Below, piece by piece: positions 44,324 to 54,073 of a stretch of 64,000 bases of DNA. The stretch is from a virus (taxonomy: Duplodnaviria > Caudoviricetes). The notes below the pieces were generated by a model that searched no databases, was not told the DNA's origin, and saw nothing but the letters and a program-made list of their open reading frames with translations. The position numbers and the translations under genes are program-made. The stretch spans positions 1 to 64,000 of IMG/VR virus record IMGVR_UViG_3300020463_000014. One strand, 5' to 3'. Within the stretch, counting starts at the first letter, position 1; each line of letters begins with the position of its first letter.

Positions 44324-45883
44324 TTACACTTTAAGGATACATTCTATCAATTTTTCTTCATCTACAGTAGACGATTCTAAAGCTACACCTACCATCATAG
44401 CTCCATTAAATTCTTTACTTGCTCGGCCATTATGGTGTGTATATACTGGATCACCTTTATGAACTCCACCAATAACCCTTACTGGAACTCTTCCCTTAAG
44501 ACCTAAAGCTTGACCAGGAGCGTCTGCATTCATTAAATAAGCAGGTTGAGCTGAAATTACGCCGACTGGAATTCCGCTTGATGTGCAAGGAGTAGTTTCT
44601 TCAGTTTTATTAAATGACGCCATCATTACTGTTCCAACTGGATGCTCTTCACTTGTAGTATATTTTTCTGCAAGGTCAGCATAATTTGCAGTTTGAGCAT
44701 TACCAGCAACTGTACCGGCAGATAATGTTTGTGTTGATGGATTATACATTAAATGCCCATTATCAGTATCAATATAAGGTCTTTGATAACCTGTACCATT
44801 ATTATCGCTAAATAATACTTGGTAATTTACATCGTCATTTTTTTCATCAACTTTTACAAAATCGGCCTCGCCTCCAGAAACTGTACAAGCACCAGTATTT
44901 GCCATTGTAACATGACCAGATAATGCTGCAGTAGTAAAACCTGAGCCATTACCAATTAGAATTTGAGTGTCTGCTACTATAATATCTGAAGGATCTGATG
45001 CTGAAGAACTATTTCCAACTTTTACTGAATTTGCTGGCATATTAGCAAGCTTATCATTAGTCACAGCATCATCAGTTATTTGACCTGTTATTACTTGTCC
45101 TGCCTGAATACCTCCAGATGCTTGGCGACCAATTACAGTATTAGTTCCTGCTTGTACAGAGCCAATATCACCAGCAGCTGATCTACCAATAACTGAATGA
45201 TCTGGTATTGCTAAATCTCCTGGATCACCACTAGTACCTGCCTGGCGAGTTTTTATTGTATATCCTGCCATATTAGCAAGCTTAGCATTAGTTACTTGAT
45301 CATCTGATATCATATCAGTTTGAATTTGCACTTCTTCAACTGTGCCCGCTGTTGTTTTGCCAAGAACTCTATTTGCAGTTACAATGTCTTGCATTTTATC
45401 ATAGGTCACAACATCAGGCTGAATTGTGACCACGCCGGCGTTTGTCATAAGAACATCTTGAGATAAAGCGGTAGATGTAAAACCAGTTCCATTACCAATT
45501 AAAATTTGTTCGTTAGTAACTGCCTTATTTGATGATGCTCCAGTAGTTCCTGCATCTCTTACTTTAACAGTGTTTGCTGGCATATCTTCTAATTTAAGAC
45601 CAGATGCTTCTTGAGTTAAACCGTGACCACCTGCTACTGAAAATGTTCCACTTGAATCTCCAGTAAGGTTTCCACCAACGCTAGTCTTTAAAATTCCATT
45701 TCCTGCATTATAGTTTCTTCGCACTGCTTTACTAAAATTTAAGGCTGTTACTATACTTGAATCATGGCCAGCATAGTCACTACTAAGATTATCTAGATCA
45801 CCGATCTGAGCAGCAATAGTATTAGATTTTACTCTAAAAGTGTTAATTGTATCACTTAAATTTATAACTGTCTGTCTAGCCAT
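44324..45883 (-). CDS. Tail fibre-like protein with C-terminal chaperone/peptidase-like domain
   Basis: Internal repeats (VT..KLANM.AN.VKV; ILIGNG.GFT..ALS); C-terminal YADLAEKY...GVIS..PAYLMN...L.GRVPVRV.G motif typical of fibre C-termini. Confidence 0.75.
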   Translation of the reverse strand: MARQTVINLSDTINTFRVKSNTIAAQIGDLDNLSSDYAGHDSSIVTALNFSKAVRRNYNAGNGILKTSVGGNLTGDSSGTFSVAGGHGLTQEASGLKLEDMPANTVKVRDAGTTGASSNKAVTNEQILIGNGTGFTSTALSQDVLMTNAGVVTIQPDVVTYDKMQDIVTANRVLGKTTAGTVEEVQIQTDMISDDQVTNAKLANMAGYTIKTRQAGTSGDPGDLAIPDHSVIGRSAAGDIGSVQAGTNTVIGRQASGGIQAGQVITGQITDDAVTNDKLANMPANSVKVGNSSSASDPSDIIVADTQILIGNGSGFTTAALSGHVTMANTGACTVSGGEADFVKVDEKNDDVNYQVLFSDNNGTGYQRPYIDTDNGHLMYNPSTQTLSAGTVAGNAQTANYADLAEKYTTSEEHPVGTVMMASFNKTEETTPCTSSGIPVGVISAQPAYLMNADAPGQALGLKGRVPVRVIGGVHKGDPVYTHHNGRASKEFNGAMMVGVALESSTVDEEKLIECILKV

Positions 45884-46115
45884 TTGATTCTACCATTTTC
45901 TTTGTTATTTGCGCCAGCATTTGTTTTATTTCGCTTACATCATTTTTCAACTCGGCAAGTTCTTTTTCTTTTTCAGCATCTAATTTTTTCTTCATTCTAG
46001 CTCTATTAATAGCATCACTATTAATATTTAATATAGCACCACTATTTAAATCTTTAACTAAATTGGGATGGCCCTGAATTTTTATACTGTTTATTTTACT
46101 TTTCAATTTAAACAC
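45876..46115 (-). CDS. Small conserved-type T4-like phage protein following VrlC
   Basis: KIQGHPNLVKD..SGAILN plus coiled-coil L..LKNDVSEIK.ML. Confidence 0.7.
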   Translation of the reverse strand: MFKLKSKINSIKIQGHPNLVKDLNSGAILNINSDAINRARMKKKLDAEKEKELAELKNDVSEIKQMLAQITKKMVESNG

Positions 46116-49100
46116 CTAATGCTATAACTCTTAAATCTTTAATTGTCGGAACTTTTGAACTATTATTAGCAAAAAGTACTATTTTTACTTGGAACGTAGT
46201 AAATGCTGGTATAGTTCCATCAGTTCCACCAATTAAATAATTGTATTCTTTATATGAATATGGATCATCTGATATTGAAACTGGCGCTTCAAGTGTGGCA
46301 AGTGTCCAATTAATATCTGTCAATATAGTATCTTCTGTACCTGTTTTAAAATATACATCAAATAAAGCACCAGTTGGTCTATTTGCTGCTAACATTACTT
46401 TTAAACCAACTGCAGTGTTTGTTAATGTTACAGGTTTTGTAATATGTTTAGCAAGAGCACTTCCACTAAATGGTGTTGTTTCTGCAGCATAATCAAAGAC
46501 CACATTTTGGCCAGAAGTAGCTACATCAATAGGTCTATCAATTTCATTTTTTGTAAGTACTAATGAAGCTCTTTGTAAATCTATTACTGGAGAAACAAAT
46601 GAGCTTGTTGTACTTAATGATATTCTTAAAGATCCAGTATTAACTCCACCTAATCCACCAATACCTGTTGCAGTATCTTCTTTTACAGCATTCGCCACCA
46701 TTATTGAATTTTCAAAATGATTTTTCTGATTAAGCGCAATATCAGTATATCCTCCAGCCGGTGCAATATATGGCGTTTCTAATGCAACATTAGAATATCC
46801 ACTATAAATGCTGGCTTTTGGAATTACACTTGTTAAAGGTGGATTAAGCATTTGAACAATAGGATATAAAGTATTTCCTTGAATATTTTTAGTTGCAAAT
46901 ACTGCACTACCGCCACCTTGAGCAGCTGAAGTAGCTGATCCAGCTGCTAATGTAATTTTATATCCTGTTGGATCTATATGCGTTATTGTATGAGTAACAT
47001 TAAGTTGAACGGCTGTAACACCACCAACTGCTGTTGCTCCAGTAATAGCAACTTTATCTCCAACAAATAAATTATGATTCTTATGGAAAACTCTTATTGA
47101 AGTTGGAGCTGAAGTATTTGTTAAAATTGGACTAGGACCTAATAGTGCAAGAGGTAAATCTGCTGTATTAAGTTGAGCAACTGCTTGTATATTAGTAGCA
47201 AAATCAGCTCTATATAATGTAAATTTCATATCTTGTTCTTGACAAGCTTCCCAGGTCGTACTGTTTTGTGATTTAAAGAAAGATCCTAAGAATGGTTGTT
47301 TTGTAATTCTTCTTGCAGTAGAACCTAATTCAAAATCACCCATAAATGATGTCCACAATAAATAATCAGTATTGTCGGTTATGCATACAATTGCATATTC
47401 AGTTCTACCAGAAAGATATATCGGCTCATCAAATTCAAATGTTGTAGGAAGAGATGCATCATCAGAAATACTAACATTTCCAGGTGATAAGTATTTTCTA
47501 GATCCTGGTACAATTGTATTAGACGCTGGATAGCCATTTATAAGAGGTCTTAATTCAATCCATACTGGTAATGTAGCATGTTTTGTTTTAAAGTATAAGT
47601 CAACTTTACAAGTAAATATACCTTCATCTTGAGGAACATAAAACGATTGCGCTAAAGGATCACGTTGATCATTCCTATTTGAATCATTGTCCCCTATAAA
47701 ATCCTCTCTTGGCTGCAATCTAGATCCAGTAACTACTCTACTACTACTTGAAACTCTAGAGCCAACTACAGTAAGATGTCGAGTGGACAATATTTCTTCT
47801 TGAAAAGTTTCTAGAGCACCAGAAGCATTATATGATGTTACTGCAGATGATCCTGGAACACCTCCATTTTTAGGAGTTTCTGTAACATCAAGTAACATAA
47901 AATCAGCTTGACCAGTTCTAAATTTAGTTGTACTATTATTAGGAATAAAAAATGATCCTGAGATTCCTCCTAGTGCATCACTAAGTAAAGCACCAGACCC
48001 ATCTGGGTGAGTTGTAAGATTATTTGGTGATTCAAATTCAACTCTTGCTGAATTAATTCTATCAAAGTTTCCAGTACTTCTAACAAAATCATTCATTTTA
48101 AAGTCATTAAAATATGCAAAATGATATGCGTTTGGTCTTAATCCAATAGCTTCAAAACTAACTTTTCTACTTCTCATAAATGGTATAACTGCTACATCAA
48201 TAATTCTATCGCCTAATGATGTTCTAATAGTTTCAGAAGCTACTACTCTATTTACAATTGAACTTGTGGTTTGATCAAATCCCCAAACTGTTAACCTTCC
48301 ACTGGTCTGAGAGAATGCTCGACTAGATGATGTTGTAGTTCCTGCTACTGTATTTTCATCACCTACTTCTAATCCTTCAATATCATTACCTAACCAACCC
48401 CATTCGGATTGATCAAAGAGAAGTGCTTGGTCAAGATTTAATCTTGTTCCACCATCTATTACTTTTGCTGCTGCTCTTTGATCCACTTTCCATTCATCTG
48501 ATTGAGGAGATAGATTTATTGACCCACTATAAGTAGAAATCATATATGGATTAACATTTTCTGTACGAGATACAACTGTTTGACTAATATATTCAGCATG
48601 TCCATATTTAATATAAACGTTATCGCCCATTAAAACAGTATCTGGAGTATCTACACCACTAACAGTCCTTGAAGAAGAAGTTGCAGCATCATAAATAAGT
48701 CCTACATTGTATTCAGTAAATGGTGGATGTAAAGTCATAGTTTTTGGATTAACTGAAGCTCTATATTCTACTGAATTAGTATTTGAATGAAATAAATCTT
48801 TAAAGTTGTCTACAAGAAATCCAGATTTAGTTCTATTATTTCCACTACCGTCAACTACTTCAAAAGCGTTTGTATCAAGTTCTAATAAACTAAGTGATAC
48901 TGTTTCTTCAAGTAGATCTACTCGCTTATCGATTTTACCAATATCTTTCATGGTATAACCTTTATTTTCAATAAACTTAACAACCATGTCGGAAGCAGAA
49001 ATTGTACCACCGTTAAGTGATGATCTATATAGTTCTAAAGATTTGGGTGGCTGAGATGGTAATACTGGATTATCGGCTGGAGTTCCTTCTAAATTTTCTA

Positions 49101-51381
49101 AAATGCCCTCAGCATTTATAATAATTCTATCTTGTCTTGGTAGATAGTGCTCGATTCTAACATTTATGAGTGTATCATTTTGAGGCAATTCGTTAACTAC
49201 ACCACCAGTTGCTCCACCAGTGTCGTTAAATACTGTTCCACCTGGTGCAATTGCTGATCTAAAATCTACTACATCTCTTAATTGAACTACTGTTCCATCT
49301 CTCATAATATATTCTGGAATATCACCATATGCTGCTGGAAGACCAGGATAAGATCCTACAGCAAAACACACACCAGCTCCATGTTGATAATATGTAAATT
49401 CAACATAAACATTACCTGTAAGACCACTTGTAGATTTTCTTATTAATTTCCCAAGACCATAAAAGCCATCTCGCTGACCATTATCGACTACAAATTGATC
49501 GCTTACATCAGCGCCACTTGAAGATCCAGCTTTAATCATTGTTACTGCAATAATATCATTTTGATCTAAATCGACTGTACCAATACCACCACTTACAGAA
49601 ATAGCAATTGTTTTTTGCTGATTAGTAGAGATTGTTTTTGATCTAACAGAGATATTACTTGATTTTTTAACATAAGCTAAAACTTCTACGTCATTTGTAG
49701 CATGTGGTAACCCAGTAATTTGAATTGTTTGACTACCTGGCGATCCTATTGTTGCTGCTGTTGTAACTGTTCCACCTTGCATTACAATCCAATCACCAGT
49801 ATTATCAAATACTTCTCCAGAAAGTGCTGTAAGTGTTATGGAATTACTTGAAGGTGTTCCAGTAAATTTTCTCATTACTGTTAAATCAACAATTGCAATA
49901 TCTTTAGGTCTTTTATAAGGGACTTCAAAGAATAAATTATTATCATTTGCTTCTTTAAGAACTGCTCCAGCAGGGCTTCCTTCTAATACTAATGTTGAAC
50001 GAGCACTTGTACTAGGACCAATTTTAACTGCATCTCTAAAGCTATTTGTACCTGTCATTACTACATCAAATATAAAGACTCTAAAGTTTGAACCAAATGC
50101 TGCTGGTGCATCTACATGACGTACTCTACAAGTTCCTAATACTGAATCATCAGCTTTGTAAATATTGACTGCTGGAAATGTAGTTTTTTGATTACCACTT
50201 GGTGAATCCATAGGTAATGCGCCAACAAATTCTGATACAATTACATAACTTCCATATTCTGCAGGAATAGAACTAATATCGCCAGTTGAAGTATTTCCAG
50301 CAAATGAAGTTGCTTTATTAACAGACAATGTTGTTTGAGTAGGACGATTAATTCTATGTCCATTCACATATGCTTTACCTGAACTTAATACTGCATTAAG
50401 TGTTGAAGCTGATCCAGAATCATATGTTAAATAAAATGGATCTACAACATAATTACCAGATTCTTCAGAAGTTCTTTGAGCAATTAAATCATTAATTTTA
50501 TTGTATTGATTAAAGCCAGTTGCTTGTTCGACTATTACGGAATTAATTATATTTGCAATATACATAAACGTTTCTAAACCTGGAGTAGATGGTTTAGTTG
50601 CAAGTGCTAACGTTATTCTATAACGATCAGCTCCAGGAGCAGAAATATTTGGAAATTGTCCTTGATTATCAAATAACGAAACGTCGTCAGATGCTGTAAC
50701 AATATCTTGAACTACATTAAATCCTACAATTCCTGTAAAATCATTACTATATTTAGAAATAATTTTTGATTGTGATTTAGCATGGACAAAATGTCCTTGA
50801 GCAAAATAATCACCAGCCGCAACCGATAGTCTTACACCTTGACCATATGATGGATCAGCATCTGTATGGTTAGCTTTAATTTTATATGACTCACTACCAT
50901 TGTCTATTTGAATAGTTTCATCTGGTAAAAATCTTAATGTAGATGTTCCAGCAGTTTGCGATCCTCCACTTCGATACATAATATAAAGTGTAGGTGGACA
51001 ACTTGCAGTGCCATCGCCATTTTCAGCAGAAATAATTTCAGCACTAATACCAGATGTTAATCCATTAAATATGGCGCCTGGTACAGCTAATGTATTTGCC
51101 GGCCATTCAATTGCAGGAGCTTGTAAAACACTAGGTTGTAATTTAACAAATTCAATACGAGAATTAATACTAATGCCGCCGGGATTAACCATTGCTCCTT
51201 CTTTAAATATATTTCTACCAAACCGCTCCAGATCTTTTTGAATAATAGTTTGAGACTGAGTTAGTTCTCTAGCCTGTAGAGCTCGCCGAGGATTAAAAAG
51301 AATTCTTTTAAAACCGTCACTATCGGAAAAATCATCCTTATAGGTAGCCCTCATTAAGTTTTCTGAAAAAGTTACTGTCAT
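46108..51381 (-). CDS. VrlC-like (DUF4815-like) large virion structural protein
   Basis: Y.DDF....F.RILF.P..ALQARELTQ.Q, APGADRY.I.L, RT.EESGNY.V, KSGFLVDNF, DPLAQSF, FKSQN..TW, C-terminal P.IKDLR.IAL. Confidence 0.88.
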   Translation of the reverse strand: MTVTFSENLMRATYKDDFSDSDGFKRILFNPRRALQARELTQSQTIIQKDLERFGRNIFKEGAMVNPGGISINSRIEFVKLQPSVLQAPAIEWPANTLAVPGAIFNGLTSGISAEIISAENGDGTASCPPTLYIMYRSGGSQTAGTSTLRFLPDETIQIDNGSESYKIKANHTDADPSYGQGVRLSVAAGDYFAQGHFVHAKSQSKIISKYSNDFTGIVGFNVVQDIVTASDDVSLFDNQGQFPNISAPGADRYRITLALATKPSTPGLETFMYIANIINSVIVEQATGFNQYNKINDLIAQRTSEESGNYVVDPFYLTYDSGSASTLNAVLSSGKAYVNGHRINRPTQTTLSVNKATSFAGNTSTGDISSIPAEYGSYVIVSEFVGALPMDSPSGNQKTTFPAVNIYKADDSVLGTCRVRHVDAPAAFGSNFRVFIFDVVMTGTNSFRDAVKIGPSTSARSTLVLEGSPAGAVLKEANDNNLFFEVPYKRPKDIAIVDLTVMRKFTGTPSSNSITLTALSGEVFDNTGDWIVMQGGTVTTAATIGSPGSQTIQITGLPHATNDVEVLAYVKKSSNISVRSKTISTNQQKTIAISVSGGIGTVDLDQNDIIAVTMIKAGSSSGADVSDQFVVDNGQRDGFYGLGKLIRKSTSGLTGNVYVEFTYYQHGAGVCFAVGSYPGLPAAYGDIPEYIMRDGTVVQLRDVVDFRSAIAPGGTVFNDTGGATGGVVNELPQNDTLINVRIEHYLPRQDRIIINAEGILENLEGTPADNPVLPSQPPKSLELYRSSLNGGTISASDMVVKFIENKGYTMKDIGKIDKRVDLLEETVSLSLLELDTNAFEVVDGSGNNRTKSGFLVDNFKDLFHSNTNSVEYRASVNPKTMTLHPPFTEYNVGLIYDAATSSSRTVSGVDTPDTVLMGDNVYIKYGHAEYISQTVVSRTENVNPYMISTYSGSINLSPQSDEWKVDQRAAAKVIDGGTRLNLDQALLFDQSEWGWLGNDIEGLEVGDENTVAGTTTSSSRAFSQTSGRLTVWGFDQTTSSIVNRVVASETIRTSLGDRIIDVAVIPFMRSRKVSFEAIGLRPNAYHFAYFNDFKMNDFVRSTGNFDRINSARVEFESPNNLTTHPDGSGALLSDALGGISGSFFIPNNSTTKFRTGQADFMLLDVTETPKNGGVPGSSAVTSYNASGALETFQEEILSTRHLTVVGSRVSSSSRVVTGSRLQPREDFIGDNDSNRNDQRDPLAQSFYVPQDEGIFTCKVDLYFKTKHATLPVWIELRPLINGYPASNTIVPGSRKYLSPGNVSISDDASLPTTFEFDEPIYLSGRTEYAIVCITDNTDYLLWTSFMGDFELGSTARRITKQPFLGSFFKSQNSTTWEACQEQDMKFTLYRADFATNIQAVAQLNTADLPLALLGPSPILTNTSAPTSIRVFHKNHNLFVGDKVAITGATAVGGVTAVQLNVTHTITHIDPTGYKITLAAGSATSAAQGGGSAVFATKNIQGNTLYPIVQMLNPPLTSVIPKASIYSGYSNVALETPYIAPAGGYTDIALNQKNHFENSIMVANAVKEDTATGIGGLGGVNTGSLRISLSTTSSFVSPVIDLQRASLVLTKNEIDRPIDVATSGQNVVFDYAAETTPFSGSALAKHITKPVTLTNTAVGLKVMLAANRPTGALFDVYFKTGTEDTILTDINWTLATLEAPVSISDDPYSYKEYNYLIGGTDGTIPAFTTFQVKIVLFANNSSKVPTIKDLRVIALGV

Positions 51382-51396
51382 ATTATTACTCTACTT

Positions 51397-52806
51397 TTAT
51401 AGTTGGATGATGACTTTAATGTCTTCGGATTGGTTTGCAGTTCGTTGAACTGATGCTCTATTATCTAGATATAATACATCTCCAGTTAATCTATCAACTT
51501 CAGCGTTATTATCAAATGATTCCATTACACCTTCACCATTTCCATCTACTTCTTGAATAGTTTCACCTACATTAAATAATTTAAATCCTGTATCAGGAGA
51601 TTGATGATAGTGAATTCTTGTTCCACCTGAAACACTTGAATCTACATTATCTATATACGCTTGTGCACTTGAGCTTATACCTTTAATTTTACGATCTTTA
51701 CTAAATGCAACAGTATAAGACGATAATTTCATATTTCTTGTAGCTATGCCAGTAAGCTCTGTAAAAAGGCCTGTAGAATCAGGTTGAAGTGGATTTTTAA
51801 TAAGACCAACTTGTCTAAAATCCTGAGATAAAATAAAATCTTCATCATTATCTAAAATTTTAGATCTAAACATTACTGCATCAGCTTTTAAATCTTTTCT
51901 AGCGTCAAATCCAAATCCTGGAGTTGGACCTACGACTGCCCTTGCTCGTGCACTATCACCACCAGAGCCATCTGGTAAAATAATAAGTTCAGCATAATCA
52001 TAACTATCTAAATAATTTAAAGTAGCACCAGATGTTTTAGTTTGAATTGCTGTAATTGTTCCATTATCTGAGTCAATTATAGGTTTTAAAAAGTTTGCAG
52101 CAGAATCACCGAATGTTAGTGTACCGTTACCTCTAAGAACAAGATTAGGAAATGCACCAGCAGTGCCATATCCACTGCCGCCATTTGTCATCACAAATGA
52201 AGTAATTCTACCTGGTATAGCATTTTGTTGAATTTCATGTTGTTTAATTTCAATACCAGTAGAGTTAGAATCAGGCGCGGTTTCCTGAATATGAACAGGC
52301 ATATATTGAGAAGATAAAAAGAAATTTGCTTTCAAGGCACTAATTGTATAAAGAAATTTCCACACATAACCATCAGATGTAGAAAACGGAGCAACATTTT
52401 CATTGCCACTGGGTTTAACAAGAGATGGTTGAGGAACTCCTTGTTTATTTACACCTGTTCTTAAACAAATATATACTCCAAAATTATCTGTTAAAACATA
52501 ATATCTTTTACCGACACTTAAAGTTCCTGCTCGTTGGTCATCCCATTGTGGATAAATTGTTCCATATACCCAATCTTGTCTTGGTACAATAAAACTGGCT
52601 GCTTCTACTTTTTTAACAGCTTGAAGTTTTTCTTTAAATTCAATTACATCAAATTTTGAGTTTAATGGGGTGGTAGCGGCGTCATTACTATCCCATTGTT
52701 CAGATCTTCCAATTCCAATATAATACTCACTACCAGCTGAATTATAATCAGCTAATAACTCTTTTAAAATATTGTGTTTTAAATCATCAGTGACGATAGC
52801 TACCAT
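51397..52806 (-). CDS. gp8: Baseplate wedge subunit
   Basis: YYIGIGRS..W, PR.DW..GT.Y, YYVLT..F.VYICL, DGYVWKFLYTI, DFRQVGLIKNP, terminal QSEDIKVIIQL. Confidence 0.92.
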   Translation of the reverse strand: MVAIVTDDLKHNILKELLADYNSAGSEYYIGIGRSEQWDSNDAATTPLNSKFDVIEFKEKLQAVKKVEAASFIVPRQDWVYGTIYPQWDDQRAGTLSVGKRYYVLTDNFGVYICLRTGVNKQGVPQPSLVKPSGNENVAPFSTSDGYVWKFLYTISALKANFFLSSQYMPVHIQETAPDSNSTGIEIKQHEIQQNAIPGRITSFVMTNGGSGYGTAGAFPNLVLRGNGTLTFGDSAANFLKPIIDSDNGTITAIQTKTSGATLNYLDSYDYAELIILPDGSGGDSARARAVVGPTPGFGFDARKDLKADAVMFRSKILDNDEDFILSQDFRQVGLIKNPLQPDSTGLFTELTGIATRNMKLSSYTVAFSKDRKIKGISSSAQAYIDNVDSSVSGGTRIHYHQSPDTGFKLFNVGETIQEVDGNGEGVMESFDNNAEVDRLTGDVLYLDNRASVQRTANQSEDIKVIIQL

Positions 52807-52871
52807 AGTTTATTTCCTATCTTAATATGTTCAAATTGTAATACTAAAAATATTAATTCTATTGTTGGTTA

Positions 52872-52879
52872 TATTTATA
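52872..52879 (-). promoter_or_regulatory. T4-type late promoter upstream of gp8
   Basis: Exact intergenic TATAAATA. Confidence 0.75.
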
Positions 52880-52892
52880 TAGTTTTTTGCCT

Positions 52893-54071
52893 TTATGGTC
52901 TTAAATCTGAATCATAAAGTGGATAAGCTTGTGTCATATCAGAATCTGCAGCAAAGTGAGATGCACCAAGTTCAGCATATGCAAGCGATGTAGTAATAAT
53001 AGATGGATACGGAGTTTTCATATAGCTTGGATTATCTCCAGTGCCAACATAGAATGATGGATATGTTCCATAGTAACCATAAGAATCTATACCGTTTCCA
53101 AGATGAAGCGATGGATTACTATCAACTCTAATTAAAGTAGCACTATCAGTTGTTGTATTCCAACTTTTTCGTGTTTGTGCTGCCCAAGCATATGTAGTAG
53201 GGTATGCTGCATTTAATTCAGCTATAGTTCTATTTAAATAAATATCTTCGCTTAATGGTCTAACATGTAATCGATAGTTATAAGAAATTCCATTATATAC
53301 TTCTGATACAAGAGCAGTAATGTCAACTAATTGTAAAGTATCTTCAACTGGTCTTGTTCCAATCGAATCATATAGAAAATTATCTGATAAATTTGCACTA
53401 CCAGTTACAGAAAATGGAAAAATATCTGCGAATGGTACAGGTGCAGCTGAGATTGCAGTATTAATTGCCGGCTCTTGAATTACTATTTCAGCCGCTAAAT
53501 GAAAACCTGCAGGATGCACAAATTTCTTATATAACTCTTCCCAATCTGGCATACCTCTATCTGTTCTGATAAGGTGTGATAATAACTGATATATTCCGCC
53601 GTCTTGTAAAACTTTTTGTTGGTCCACACCAATTTCAGAACTACTATCATTAAGATAAAACAAATCATTTTTTGGATAATGTATTTCGGCATCGGTTAAA
53701 AAGAAAGCTCTAAAAAATCCTTCAGATGAATATTTAGAACCTTTTACTCGATAAAATTTTGCAAAATTACGAATAATTTCTCTTGGGTTAACTGGAAATT
53801 TTTTAATGCCTACACCTAAAGCAACTTCATTTAATAATAAATCTAATTGCTGTAAAGAATTATCTTCAATATCTCTACATGTGTAAATATCTTTTATTAA
53901 ACTGCCAAATCCTTCAGCATCCATAAAGTCATAATAATATTCTAAAAATAAAATAATATTTGGATATTCTGTAATAAAATATTCTGGTAAGATTTCTTTT
54001 ACAGAACTCCTATGTAATTCTAATGGAAGTCTATTAAAATCTTTTAATGTTCTTTCGCGGCCATTTGACAT
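52893..54071 (-). CDS. Baseplate wedge initiator-like protein (short gp7-like)
   Basis: P.YF...YP....FLE.YY, FYR.KGS..S...FFR and LQD...YQ..S....K.VHPAGF motifs; sits between gp6 and gp8. Confidence 0.75.
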   Translation of the reverse strand: MSNGRERTLKDFNRLPLELHRSSVKEILPEYFITEYPNIILFLEYYYDFMDAEGFGSLIKDIYTCRDIEDNSLQQLDLLLNEVALGVGIKKFPVNPREIIRNFAKFYRVKGSKYSSEGFFRAFFLTDAEIHYPKNDLFYLNDSSSEIGVDQQKVLQDGGIYQLLSHLIRTDRGMPDWEELYKKFVHPAGFHLAAEIVIQEPAINTAISAAPVPFADIFPFSVTGSANLSDNFLYDSIGTRPVEDTLQLVDITALVSEVYNGISYNYRLHVRPLSEDIYLNRTIAELNAAYPTTYAWAAQTRKSWNTTTDSATLIRVDSNPSLHLGNGIDSYGYYGTYPSFYVGTGDNPSYMKTPYPSIITTSLAYAELGASHFAADSDMTQAYPLYDSDLRP

Positions 54072-54073
54072 TA

